In this document: in pieces, positions 11,670 through 24,351 of the stretch | Layout: every line of letters begins with the position of its first letter | Numbering within the stretch: position 1 is the stretch's first letter | Assembly: GCF_006345805.1 (NCBI RefSeq) | Contig: NC_042999.1 | Location: forward strand, 68,014,001 to 68,078,000 | Direction of reading: 5' to 3' | From: Octopus sinensis | Lineage: Eukaryota | Length of the DNA: 64,000 bases | Notes under the pieces: generated by a model | Databases searched by the model: none | The model's input: only the letters and a program-made list of their open reading frames with translations | Told to the model about the DNA's origin: nothing | Program-made: the position numbers and the translations under genes

Positions 11670-12420
11670 TTGTGTGGCGTACGTACACTTTGGTCTCTTA
11701 TATGTAAGTATATATTTTTCTAAATCTTGTACGATTCTATTTCTATCTATCAGCCCTTTCACGCTTATTCGTTCATTCCACTCTTCGTTCTTTCGTTCCC
11801 CCTCTCTCACATTTCTTTGCCTTCTCTTCTTGTTCACTTTCTCTCCACTTTTCACTTCACTGTGTCCCTGTCATTTTTTCTCGCCCCCCCCTTAATTCTT
11901 CTGTCACTCTGCCTCTACCTCTCTCTCTTCTCTTCCCACGTGACCGGCGTTCGGCCAAACCTCATCTTCCTTTCTTGGTCTGGCCGTTGTCCGTGCAACA
12001 TCGATATTCCTCCTTTTGCCTGTGAAATCTTGTATCCCTGTCGTAAGCCTTCATTTCCACACACGCCAGCTTAATTTAATTCGTCCTTAGTCGAAAGACA
12101 CCTGTTGTTATGTCCTGTTATTATTGTATTTGTGTAACATTGTCCGTTTTTTCCGTCCTTGTTTTTATATATATTCGCTGCTTTCTTCCAAGGAATCTAA
12201 TGCTCTTAGCTTAGTTTTTCCTTGGGGATGGCCAGATTGGAGCAATCTCGAGTATAATCAGCCGAAATTGCGAAGATAATCTGGAACTCGACTGAGCAAA
12301 GAAAGCTTCGAATGACCCGTCCTTGTTTTCTTTGTATCGTCTATCTGGGTGTTTTATCGTCCCAGTTTTGTATCACCTAACTGTCCAGATGTTTGCGTTC
12401 TTGTCCCATATTGTATTATA
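11670..12420 (+). mobile_element. Pyrimidine-rich interspersed repeat, possibly a Penelope pLTR-type element
   Basis: 12185-12330 is homologous to the reverse complement of 54200-54360 (taatgct.ttagctt...ccttgg...gactga..a...cgaatga.ccgt). Ends at a microsatellite. Confidence 0.5.
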
Positions 12421-12834
12421 CCCCCCCCACACACACACACACACACAAACAAACAATGATAAAAAGTCAAGGCATGACCGCAATCTACTGACTGAAACAA
12501 ATAAAAGTCATGTGTGTGTTAGTGTGTGCACTGCACAACTGTCTATGTATGTTTTATGCATGCAAAACTAGTCACAGGTATATGTATATATTCTGTAATA
12601 CAATTCAGTTTTAAAATACAACGCTAGTAATGCATTAGGGATGTATATGTGTGCGTGTATATGTATGCGAGTGCGCGTACGTATTTTCGTGTATGTGTAT
12701 GCGTGCGTGTGTGTGCGTGTGTGTGTTTGTTCTGTACAGTAGATAAACTTTTGCACCTCGTGAATGCCAATGTCATCAACAAAAACCTTCCATCTGTAAT
12801 TCACCTGCGTGTCTTAAAACGGAAAGACCAAAAT

Positions 12835-12936
12835 AACTACTACTACTACTACTACCACTAGTAGTAGTAGTAGTAGTAGATATTAATGACGATGATCGCG
12901 AAGATAGTAATAATAATAATAATAGTAATAATATTA

Positions 12937-12971
<35 letters not shown>

Positions 12972-12994
12972 TGATAATAATAATAATAATAATG

Positions 12995-13025
<31 letters not shown>

Positions 13026-13027
13026 TA

Positions 13028-13076
<49 letters not shown>

Positions 13077-13167
13077 TAATAATGATAATAATAATGATAA
13101 TAATAATAATAATGATAATAATAATAATAATAATAATAAATAATAATAATAGTAATAATATTAATAG

Positions 13168-13205
<38 letters not shown>

Positions 13206-13332
13206 TAATAATGATAATAATAAATAATGATAATAATAATAATAATAATAATAATGATAATAATAATAATAATGATAATAATAATAATAATAATAATATA
13301 ATAATAATAATAATGATAATATAATAATAATG

Positions 13333-13405
<73 letters not shown>

Positions 13406-13521
13406 TAATAAATAATGACCGGGCGCTCTGAGAAGTAAAACAAGAATAACGATAATAATGATGGTACTGATGATTTCTTTTATTAGCCATCAAGACGATG
13501 ATGACGATGGTGATGCTGGTG

Positions 13522-13555
<34 letters not shown>

Positions 13556-13700
13556 CGATGAAGATGACGATGATGATGACGATGAAGATGATGATGATGA
13601 TAGAGGTGGTAGTGGTGGTAGTGGTGGTGGTGGTGGTGGTGGTGGAGGTGGAGATTTCGGTGGTGATGATGATGGTGATGTTGATGAAGGTGATGATATC
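12835..13700. repeat. Long (TAA/TGA)n tract followed by (GAT)n/(GGT)n
   Basis: Directly visible. Confidence 0.97.
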
Positions 13701-14138
13701 TAAGCATAAGTAGAAGTGAAAGTTAAAACAACAACAAAAAAAGAGAGAGAGAGAGAGAGAAGGACGAAAACGTGATTGATAGCTCGTTGTTTAGCTGGCT
13801 GGCTGGTTTGGTGCTATATCTTCATGTCTTACAGTTAAAAGAAATCTGTGATGATAGCATCTCATTCTTGTATTATTTCGAAATGGATTCCTTGCTACAT
13901 ACAGCTGCCAAATCACATTTTCCTTGTTTCTCCTTTTCGGTATTTCCTCTCCGGCATTAACGTCTTTCTTTCTTTCTTTCTTCCTTTCGTTCTTCCCTTG
14001 ACTCTGTTCCTTTCACTGTTTCACCATTTCTTTCCTTCTTTTCTTTACTTCTTTTTTTCCTATCTTTCATTCATTTTTTTCTCTCAACACAATACTTCTT
14101 TTTTCATGTGTGTGTGTACGTATATATATGCATGTATG

Positions 14139-14185
<47 letters not shown>

Positions 14186-14195
14186 TATATGTATG

Positions 14196-14293
<98 letters not shown>

Positions 14294-14305
14294 TGTATAC
14301 ACCGG

Positions 14306-14526
14306 AGTAAACACATAAATGTGAAACAAGGTGGAAAAAAAGAGTACTCAAATACCAGTGGTAGAGTAATATGCTTTATTTAAAGCAGCAGAAAATTCAA
14401 CGAAACCTGTTACTCTGAGTTTCCCGTTGCCGTTCATCGGACAGAAGAAACTGTCCGATGAACGGCAACGGGAAACTCAGAGTAACAGGTTTTGTTGAAT
14501 TTTCTGCTGCTTTAAATAAAGTATAT
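14306..14526. mobile_element. Palindromic mini-element in (TA)n carrying inverted hammerhead-like motifs (Penelope pLTR derivative)
   Basis: Arms 14374-14444 and 14451-14521 (one mismatch), loop aagaaa. Each arm reads ctgt CCGATGA a cg gcaa cg g GAAA ctc a gag TA acag. Confidence 0.75.
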
Positions 14527-14567
14527 ATGTATATATATATATATATGTATATATGTATATATATATG

Positions 14568-14643
<76 letters not shown>

Positions 14644-14666
14644 TATATATATATATATATGTATAT

Positions 14667-14697
<31 letters not shown>

Positions 14698-15307
14698 GTG
14701 TATATATATATGTGTGTGTGTGTATATTTATATATATATATATATATGTGTATATATATGTATGTGTGCATAAGTGTGAATACGCATGTGTGTGTTGTGT
14801 ATGTGAGTGTGAGTGTGTATCTCTGCGTGTGTGTGTTTGTATCTCTGCGTGTGTGTGTGTGTATCTGTGCATGTATGTGTGTGTGTTTGTGTGTGTATGA
14901 ATGTGTATATGTGTTTCTGTTTATCAGAAACACATTTGAAGACAAATCTGTGCTAAAATTCAGTACTTCGCTCTTTTTTCTTTTTATTTATTTTTTTTTC
15001 CTTGTGTAAGGTTTAGTTTAAAACAATAACTTCCATTAATATTTCAAGAACTTCTCGTTCTTATATCTGAATAAAATGATGATAGTGATGCATTGTTGAT
15101 GCGTTTTGTAGTTAGCTGCAAAAGATCATGGAAATGATACCGTATGTGATAAAATCACGATCGTCGCATATAAACTTGTTTAACGGGGGACTCTTGGTAA
15201 CATTATTTCATAGTTTATTTCACTTGTGCCGTATTGATTTCTGGTTTGTATTTTGCCATTCATAAAGTTTCTATTGGCGATGGGCGATGTTATGCTATAA
15301 ATACATA

Positions 15308-15486
15308 TGGCGCATGAGTGGCTGTGTGGTAAGTAGCTTGCTTACTAACCATATGGTTCCGGATTCAGTCCCACTGCGTGGCACCTTGGGCAAGTGTCTT
15401 CTATTATAGCCTCGGGACGACCAAAGCCTCGTGGATTTGATAGACGGAAACTGAAAGAAGCTCGTGGTATATATGTACACATACAC

Positions 15487-15566
<80 letters not shown>

Positions 15567-15594
15567 ATATATATCTGTGTGTGTGTGTGTGTGT

Positions 15595-15626
<32 letters not shown>

Positions 15627-15851
15627 CGTATGTATATGTTTGTGTGTCTGTGTTTGTTCCCCCAACATCACTTGACAACCGATGCTGGTGTGTTTACGTC
15701 CCCGTAACTTAGCGGTTCGGCAAGAAAGACCAATAGAATAAGTACTAGACTTACGAAGAATAAGTCCTGGGGTCGATTTGCTCGACTAAAGGCGGTGCTC
15801 CAGCATGGCCACAGTCACATGACTGAAACAAGGAAAAAAGAGTAAAGAGTA
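15308..15851 (+). mobile_element. SINE-B, full length with expanded internal microsatellite
   Basis: Head ggcgcatgagtggctgtgtggtaag, CORE-like ccttgggcaagtgtctt, (TA)/(TG) tract 15468-15640, tail aagagtaaagagta. Confidence 0.95.
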
Positions 15852-16097
15852 TGTTAGAGAGATGATTATGTAAGTGTACACGTGCGTGTGTGTACCCATC
15901 TATGCGTGTATGATATAAAGTCGTATATCTTTACCTACTAAATGATATCATGTATTTGATATACATATACGAGACGTATATTGTTAGAGTGTAATTTCTT
16001 ATCCAATACCGTCTTTGTAACAAAATCGTTGGCTTAATTGTTTTTCAATCTCAAATACGTTCGGTTTTATGCAGTTCCGGTTTACAGTATTTCAGTT

Positions 16098-16635
16098 ACT
16101 ATCTTTTATTTTTTAACTGTTTCAGTTATTGGATTGCGGCCATGCTGGGGTACAGCGTTGAAGAATTTTAGTCAGATAAACCTTCCCTGGAACTTAGCTG
16201 TTTTTTTTTAATCTGGTACTTATTCTATTGGTTTCTTTTGGCGAACCGCTATAAACAATCTAACACCAGTTGGCAAGAGGTGGAGATGGGGTGACAAACA
16301 CAGACACAATAACACACATAGGCACACACATACGCATACAGACAGGCACACACACACAGACACTCACTCACACATATACACACATACATACATACATACA
16401 TACATACATACATACATACATACATACATACATACATACACACACACATACAAACATACACACATACATACCTATAGACAGACAGACATACATTAATGGG
16501 ATTCTATACAGTTTCCAGCCGCCAAATTCACTTACATGATAGTGGTCGTCCAGTACTATAGTAGAAGACACCGGGACTGAAACTGAAACCTCTTGGTTGC
16601 AAAGCGAGTTTCTTAACCTCGCAGCCATGCCTGCG
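16098..16635 (-). mobile_element. SINE-B, diverged, internal (TACA)n
   Basis: Both halves recognisable in reverse around the (CA)/(TACA) tract at 16300-16490. Confidence 0.85.
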
Positions 16636-16911
16636 ACTTGCCACACGATACGTAACATTAAAAAACATTTTTATCACCTTCAAATTCTTGATAATAATAT
16701 TATCATCAGCTGATTATAAACCACATCCAAAGTCGAAGATATCTCTATGAGGTCCTGAATTTGCTAGAAATATAAGCCTAATCCCCCTCAAACCACGCTC
16801 AACATTCTTTAAAATGGGAAGGGCACATTAAATAATCTGGTCTTAAAACCAGATGAGCACAGTAACTGATTGATCAATGTTGACCTGTATGTAAACAACA
16901 GTAACATCAGT

Positions 16912-17287
16912 GGAGGCGCAATGGCCCAATGGTTAGGGCAGCGGACTCGCGGTCGGAACATCGCGGTTTCGATTTCCAGTAACATCAGTTGTGTGTGTTT
17001 ATTGAGCGAAAACACCGAAAGCTCCACGAGGCTCCGGCAGGGGTGGTGGTGACCCCTGTTGTACTTTTCGCTCCAACTTTCTCTCACTCTTTCTTCCTGT
17101 TTCTGGTCCTCGACTTCCTACGCAACCGCTGAGCCTAGATGTGCATTCATCCATCCGTCGATGCTCTCGGTGTCGGGGGTTGACCTGCTTTCTCTTCTGT
17201 GGGTCTTACGAATAGCAAAGGACCACGTTTCGGACTTCTCCCACTCTGGGACGAAGACCGTTTCGCTCAACAAACAACAACAACAAT
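16912..17287 (+). mobile_element. SINE-E (tRNA-headed, distinct body, (CAA)n tail)
   Basis: ggaggcgcaatggcccaatggttagg A-box, ggtttcgatttcc B-box, ends aacaaacaacaacaacaa. Confidence 0.75.
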
Positions 17288-17296
17288 ATAGTAATA

Positions 17297-17645
17297 TTGG
17301 CACAAAACCAGCAAGCTCAGGGGAGGGAGAAAATCGATTACATCAACCCCAGTGCTCAACTAGTACTTATTTTTATCGATCCCAAAAGGATGAAAGGCAA
17401 AGTCGACCTTAGTAGCATTTGACTTCAGAACATAAAGACGGACAAAATGCTGCTCAGCATTTTGTCCGGCGCGTAAACGATTCTGCCGGCTTGCTGCCAT
17501 AGCAATAAAGTAATATCAATGGCGGTTCTTTCATCATTTCGAGTCGATATAATAAATACCAGTTGAGCACTGAGGTCGGTGGAATCGACTTACCCCCTCC
17601 TCCTCTCCCAAAATTGCTGGCCTGGTGTCGAAGTTTGAAATCAAA
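17297..17645. mobile_element. Two older SINE-A copies (minus 17297-17499; plus 3' half 17530-17645)
   Basis: Core aaaggatgaaaggcaaagtcgacc and its complement are both recognisable. Confidence 0.8.
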
Positions 17646-18684
17646 ATTACCGACGGTTCCTCTGTGAGCAGCCAAAGCCTATCGAATCATAGAGCATCGT
17701 CATAGGAAAGAATGAATACACTGGACAATGCAGTGCCAGGCAAAATGGTCATAACTGGAGCGCCTTTGGTAATGCGACTTAATAACAACGACAAAAGATG
17801 AAGCCTCTATCTAGGTATGCTTGATATGCTAGAAATAACCGCAAAGATTACATCGAATTACATCTTAAAGTCTTTAAAAAGGTGATGACGCATTCGACAT
17901 TGTACTCATATTTACACTATGTATGAAAATATGTTAGGAGTGTCATGGCTGGAATACCTTTGGTCGTAGTCTGCTCAGTATATAAACAACTACAATAGCA
18001 GCACACATGCTGGTGCGCCTTTATTAATTTTTAAAGAATATTCTTACATTATTTATTAATCATTTTCTTCTTTTTTTTTTACTTTATTACTAATAAATTA
18101 TGCCACGTTAGTGGTATAATTAATTTTATAAATAATCACGTTTTTGGCGGGATTTACTAAAATAACTAACTTATTTTTTACGTTATTAATCTTTTGATTG
18201 CAGCATAACAAAAGTCTCTTACATAAATTATGATGGAAGATTTTAATTCACGTACGAACATTTTAAAACATAAGGTTTTACATCAAAACAGTGAAAGGCG
18301 GTCTCAGTGGGGTTGGTGAAAAGCGAATTTAAGATGGAGTCTTTGTTTTGCTTTCTCTAATGGACATCCGGTAGTGAACACTAATCCTCATCGCACTGAA
18401 AATTGTGTGTGATTATGTGGTAAGAAGCTTGCGTCCCAACCACATGGCCCTGAGTTCAGTCCTACTGCGTAGCACCTTGGGCGAGTGTCTTCCACAGAGT
18501 GACTCAAGTTCCGAGAGTTTCGTGCGTTGGCACAGTGCCAACACACGACACTCTTGAACTCTGAGTCGCTTTCTTGCTTCTGCTAAATATTAATAAAAAA
18601 TATACTTATAGTCATATTTTGAGTTCTATTTTCCCTGTTTGTACTAACATACCCGTGTTTGTGTAAAACATATATATATATATG

Positions 18685-18806
18685 GACCCTAAGTAAGGCA
18701 TGTCTAAAATTTGAATGAAATTGGTTGTGTAATTCTCAAGTTTTAGGGATTCACACAGACACACACACACACACACATTCTCAGTTATATATATATATAT
18801 ATATAT

Positions 18807-18863
<57 letters not shown>

Positions 18864-19103
18864 TGAGAATGTGTGTGTGTGTGTCTGTCTCTCTGTCTGT
18901 CTGTGTGAATCCCTAAAACTTGACAATTACACAACCAATTTCATTCAAATTTTAGACATGCCTTACTTAGGGTCTATGTAGTGTCATGGGCAAAAAAATG
19001 TTTAACTTCTTGCCTAGGGCGAGCCCACAACAATATCATATCTTCTCTACTATTTCAGTATTACGTGTTAAAAGTGAAACAAAAACAGCTCTCTATTGTA
19101 TGT
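18685..19103. mobile_element. Helitron-like family C 5' ends in inverted (head-to-head) arrangement around (TA)n
   Basis: 18685-18786 is the reverse complement of 18861-18974. The plus copy matches 60560-60790, which starts a|TC-tatatatataaaactgagaatgtgtgt. Confidence 0.7.
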
Positions 19104-21660
19104 TAGCCACTACACACACTTTTTTCTCTCCTTGTTTTTTCTGTGTCCCTTTCTGTAGATAAGCGTAGGCTCGAAACGTAAAAGACTTTTTCTATTCCTG
19201 AGCGTTATACTAATACATCTGTTTGTTTTGTACACCACCTGTCTTCGTCTTTTGTTTTTTTCGTGAATTCTACCTATATATATCACACGCTCACGTGGTC
19301 TCACACGTTGATCCTATCTTTTCTTACCACTACGAACTTCTCCACTGGACTCTTTACCTACTCTTCATCTACCATTTACGGATGCTTATCCTCCGGCTGC
19401 ACCTCTCCTACACACGGATCACAGTGAACTCTACTCTTAATGAGAAATCCTTGCAATACACCACGACGTCTAAAAAACCTTTGAATTTTACGTAAAACTG
19501 TCATTTTTGTCATTACTTTATTTTCATATTTATTTTTATATTTTCTAAACTTTCCTGTATTTTTTGGTCTTTCCTTCTGTCGTCTCTTCCTTCTCTGGAT
19601 GTCCTTACTATGTTTTCTCTAGTTTGCACCCGTTATTTTGCCTCTCGCTCCCTTCGTTTCCTTTCTCTTCCCTCCTCATCTTCCCCCTTTCTCCTCACTT
19701 TCTATTTGTTCCATCCTCATCGCTTTTATTTTCTTTTATTTTCTTCTCCCACCTTGCATATATTTTCTTTTCTTCTTATTATTCTTTTATATATATTTTT
19801 TAATTTATTATTATCATTTTTTAAAAATTTTATTTTATTTTTATTTTTTTCTTCAAACGCTTGTGCTTCTTTCTCTCACACCTTTTGTATGTTCCTTTTA
19901 GACGTTTAATTGTCTTTATTTTTCTCTCTCCTTGTTATTCCACCATGCCGGACTATAAAGCCTACATCCTCACTCTTCACTATCGCCTAAAATAATACCT
20001 CTGCTTACTTCCTTCCCACTGCTTCCAGCCGTCCATTAACCTCTCTTTACTCATTAAAAAAAACCCGCTTCTCTAGCCACGTTTCATTTCTCAGCCGCTA
20101 CTTACATCACCACCTCATCCCTAAAGATTTCCGCCTCCATTTCCACCTCACTCTCCACTCTGCTTTATCCATCCTACCCATACTCCGTGCCACATCTTAC
20201 CGCCTTATGCGTGCCACCATTCGCTCCAATCTCTCTAAAATACATATCATCGACCGCCTTCTCCCTCCTGCTATTTCCACATTTTTCTCCTCTCTGCCGC
20301 CCTTCCATGCTCACAACACGTTGCGTTATATAATTCATTTAAATCATCTCTTTCATCAATTTCTTGCCAACACCAAACTTCGTAAACTCCACTCACTCCT
20401 CCATTCCATCACACCCGATGCCATTACCCCAACTCCCCCACTACCCTTCTCCCTCCCTGATAGGCTCCACCCACCCACACCCAACCCACTGTCCTTCCAA
20501 ACTCCCTCACACATCCCCACTTCCTACCCCCAGCCTTCCACCAGCCCTACCACCCTCCTACCTCCACCCCTTCTCCACTTCAGTCTGTTGTTACCATTCC
20601 CCCAGATCTTCCCCTCTCTGTGGCGTAGCGCTCCATCCTCAGTAGGGCGTCTGCGTTTCATCCCCCTCACTCCATTCTGTAAGGAATTTCAGATTCGTGC
20701 TAATATCCACAGCTTTGTGCGCCGCGTCAGGTTGTATGCGCTTTTCCGCGACACTCCACCTTTATCAAACGAGGAGGACTGCTTCAATGGCCTGGGCCGC
20801 CGACCATCCCAGTAGACGCCTGCTCCTGGCCACTTCCAAGCAGTGGAACTTTTTGCGGGTGCCTGTCAGCGCGCTTTGGTGCGGTTCAACTTCTCCAGGC
20901 GCCACCGTCGTCTCAACATCTCCCCAGCCGAACTCTCGGCTCTTCGTTCCCTCCGACGGCGCGCTGACATCATTATTAAACCGGCCGACAAGGGTGGAGC
21001 TGTGGTGGTATGGCGCGCAGACCTCTACAGGACCGAAGCTCTCCACCAACTCCTTGACACCTCCTTCTACTGCCCTCTGTCCTCTGACCCCACGCCCAGC
21101 TACCAACAGACGGTCTCCTCTACCATCTACGACCTCATCTCGTCCTCCCATCTCCCCCACACCGCATCCAACCTCATCGTCCAAACGCCCCGCAGCCCAC
21201 CATTTACTTCCTCCACAACATCCACAAACCCAACAACCCTGGCCGCCCCATCGTCTCCGACTGTAACTGCCCCGCCGAGCTTATCTCCAAATATCTCGAC
21301 CGTGTCCTTGCCCCCTAGTGGCTTCTCTTCCTTCTCACATCCATGACACCAACCATGCTCTTCGTCTTTTCAACTCTTTCTCCTTCACTCCTCTCTTTAT
21401 AATGGACATCCAGAGCCTCTACACTGTGATCCCTCACCACGAGGGGCTGCGTGCACTTAAGCACTTCCTGGACCTACGACCCAATCCCCAACTCGACACC
21501 TCCACACTCGTTCGTCAGGCCGAACTTGTCCTCTCACTCAACTGCTTCTCGTTCGCGGCCGAGTTCTACCAGCAGTTCTCGGGAGTGGCCATGGGAACGA
21601 GAATGGATCCCAACTATGCAAACCTATTCGTTGGCTATGTTGAGGCCCAAATATTCTCTA
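19104..21660 (+). mobile_element. Penelope-like retroelement, Neptune-type, 3'-truncated (pLTR-like head, pyrimidine-rich leader, disrupted RT ORF ~19945-21660)
   Basis: LSHVSFLSRYLHHHLIPKDFRL; IIIKPADKGGAVVVW; IHKPNNPGRPIVS; MDIQSLYTVIPH; FYQQFSGVAMGTRMDPNYANLFVG. Stop at 20813, frameshifts, ends in (TA)n before the DD motif. Confidence 0.92.
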
Positions 21661-21705
21661 GTATATATATATACACATACATATACAGAGACATTATATA
21701 TATAA

Positions 21706-21783
<78 letters not shown>

Positions 21784-21797
21784 TGTGTGTGTATATG

Positions 21798-21898
<101 letters not shown>

Positions 21899-21989
21899 CA
21901 TATACATATACACACACACACTCATATATATATATATATATTATATATATATATATTATATATATATATACACACACACACAGATAAGT

Positions 21990-22235
21990 ATGTGCGTATG
22001 TCTTTCTGTTTGTGCTTGTTCCTTATCGCCGCTTGACAACCGATGTTGGTGTATCTTCGCTCCGCATCAGTGACATAGCGGTTCGACAATGATACCGATA
22101 GAATAAGTACCAGACTTATATATAAAAAATGATAATAATAAGTACTGGGGTCGATTCATTTAACTAAACATTCTTCAAGGCGGTGCTCCAGCATGGCTCA
22201 GTCTGATAACGAAAACAAATAAAAAGTAAAAGATA
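21990..22235 (+). mobile_element. SINE-B 3' half
   Basis: cgcttgacaaccgatgttggtg...gataccgatagaataagtacc...aaggcggtgctccagcatgg. Confidence 0.85.
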
Positions 22236-22789
22236 GGAGATAACAAATCAATGATTGATCAATCTTTGATGTTCTATGGAACGCTTTCACGCATTCTTAT
22301 TTCTTAATTACATATTAAGCGATACGATGACACAATAATCATTCTTCGTACGGTCCAGCAGATTCGAGCGTGAATATGCTAATCGCTGCTGTATTTCATC
22401 ACTGGAGGACAACTTCTCCTTTCAGACCAATCTGTGTTCATAACGCACACTTGTGATTCGTGTAAAGGGAGTCTTGAACTCAACCAAATCTAACACGGAC
22501 TATTAACTCTAACAACAGTTTGTAGGTGTTGTTTATAACTTCAACAAATAAATTATTTGTTGTTACGTGCTTATATTTTCAAATCTATAACATAAATCGC
22601 CATGTGTATTGTGTCCGATGAACTTTGGCTGGTTATTTTCAGAATATGCTTGTATTAATATCTGAGAACTCCTTGTCTGAAATGTACGTCTTGGTATAAA
22701 ATATGTGGAAGTGTTGCGTTGGAGTGAAGTTACTGGGCCTAGTTTTTTGTATCTTCAAAATATATTCTATTAGTCAGGAAAGAACCTAT

Positions 22790-23550
22790 GGAGTAACGAG
22801 CGCGAGAACAACTGCAGCACATCAGGGCCACTGACACCAATGCATCTCGTATCGGGATTGCTGGGTGAACGGGGAGAAAGTGAAAGGCAGCAAGCAGTGG
22901 AGCACCAAAAACACAAAGCCCTTCATGGTAGGACAGGGTCGGAATCGGAAGCTCTACAATGCAATATAACACGAGCCTCAATGCTAGTACCTCCTCCTGC
23001 ATTAGATTCGATCTCTCATTCCTACTAGCAGATCTGTGACGATGAAGAAATTGGGTACCTAGATGAGGTGGGAGCAGGTGATGGAGTGCAATATCACGGG
23101 GAATGTCATCTGAAAGTGGAACACCCGCACAGAATCTAGTTCTTATTCCTAGGTGTCTACGATATCCTCTTCAGCCAGCTTATTTACATGACCCAGCCAC
23201 CTTATGATGTAAGATAGGGACTCTCGAGTATATTTTAAGCTGTTACTCCAAAGTACTGAGTAAAGGACCCCTTCGCTACAAACCCATTGGGATCGTGTAG
23301 ACCATCACTGACGAAAACAGTAAGGAGATTAGTGACAATAGAAATGTGGCATTACAGGAGCGACTGGATGAAGAACCATCAAGAACAATATAGAGTCTGT
23401 TGGGAAAACACCAAGATGGCTCTGCCAGCAAAGTGGTGATCGGTGGGGTTAATAGAATGCTTAATCAGTCTCGGCCAAGTTGCTGGATAAGGGTGTCTGT
23501 TTTTAGACCCGAAACAGCCAGTGATTCCGAGACACAACACTGACGGTGGA
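22790..23550 (+). pseudogene. HERO-like (RLE, R2-group) non-LTR retrotransposon 3' relic
   Basis: TGRK*KAA..AVE, KHKAL, HRI*FLFLGVYDIL, GTLEYILSCYSKVLSKG and a 3' UTR-like agggtgtctg...gacccgaaaca.cca.tga...cactga. All match recalled HERO motifs. Confidence 0.7.
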
Positions 23551-23583
23551 TCTATGTATTGTATTTGTAGATGTTCGCTAAGC

Positions 23584-23620
<37 letters not shown>

Positions 23621-23910
23621 TATAAACGAGTGTGTTTTTATGCATGTTTATATATGTGTGTACTTATATAATACATATATACATATATACATAAACATAT
23701 ACTTATATAGATATATACATAAACATATATGGTGTATAAAAATACAATGGTGAGGTAAAAAAAAATCAAACAGACAGGGTGTATCAGATTTACGTTAAGG
23801 AAAATAAGTCACTAATGTCTTCGAACGTATGCTTTCCTACAGAAACGATAGATGAGGAAAAAGAAAAGAAAAAGAAAAAGAAAAGAACATATAATATGTG
23901 TACACACAGA

Positions 23911-24351
23911 AGGCGGCGAACTGGCAGAAACGTTAGCACGCTAGGCGAGATGCTCAGCGGTATTTCGTTTGCCGTTACGTTCTGAGTTCAAATTCCGCCG
24001 TGGTTGACTTTGCCTTTCATCCTTTTGGGGTCGATAAATTAAGTACCAGTTACGCACTGGGGTCGATGTAATCGACTTAATCCCTTTGTCTGTCCTTATT
24101 TGTCCCCACTATGTTTAGTTCCTTGTGGGTAATAAAGAAAAAATAAATAAGAAACATTAGCACGCCGGGCGAAATACTTAGCGGTATTTCGCTTGTCTTT
24201 ACGTTCTGAGTTCAACTTCCGCTGAGGTCGATTTTGCATTTCATCATTTTGGGGTCGATAAATTAAATACCAGTTGCGTAATGGGGTCAATCGAATCGAC
24301 TGGCCCCCTCTCCCAAAAAAATTTCGGATCTTCTGCCTAAAATAGAAAAAT
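23911..24351 (+). mobile_element. SINE-A heterodimer (tail-2 copy followed by a 5'-clipped tail-1 copy)
   Basis: Junction ...aaataa|gaaacattagcacgccggg at ~24150. Confidence 0.9.

Noticed and set aside
15111-15156. Possible 30-nt micro-exon LAAKDHGNDT (ttttgtag| ... |gtatgt), vaguely cadherin-like
   Set aside because: Too short, weak pyrimidine tract, no partner exons; expected by chance.
20207-21782. Intact reverse transcriptase gene
   Set aside because: In-frame stop, several frameshifts, and truncation before the catalytic DD motif.
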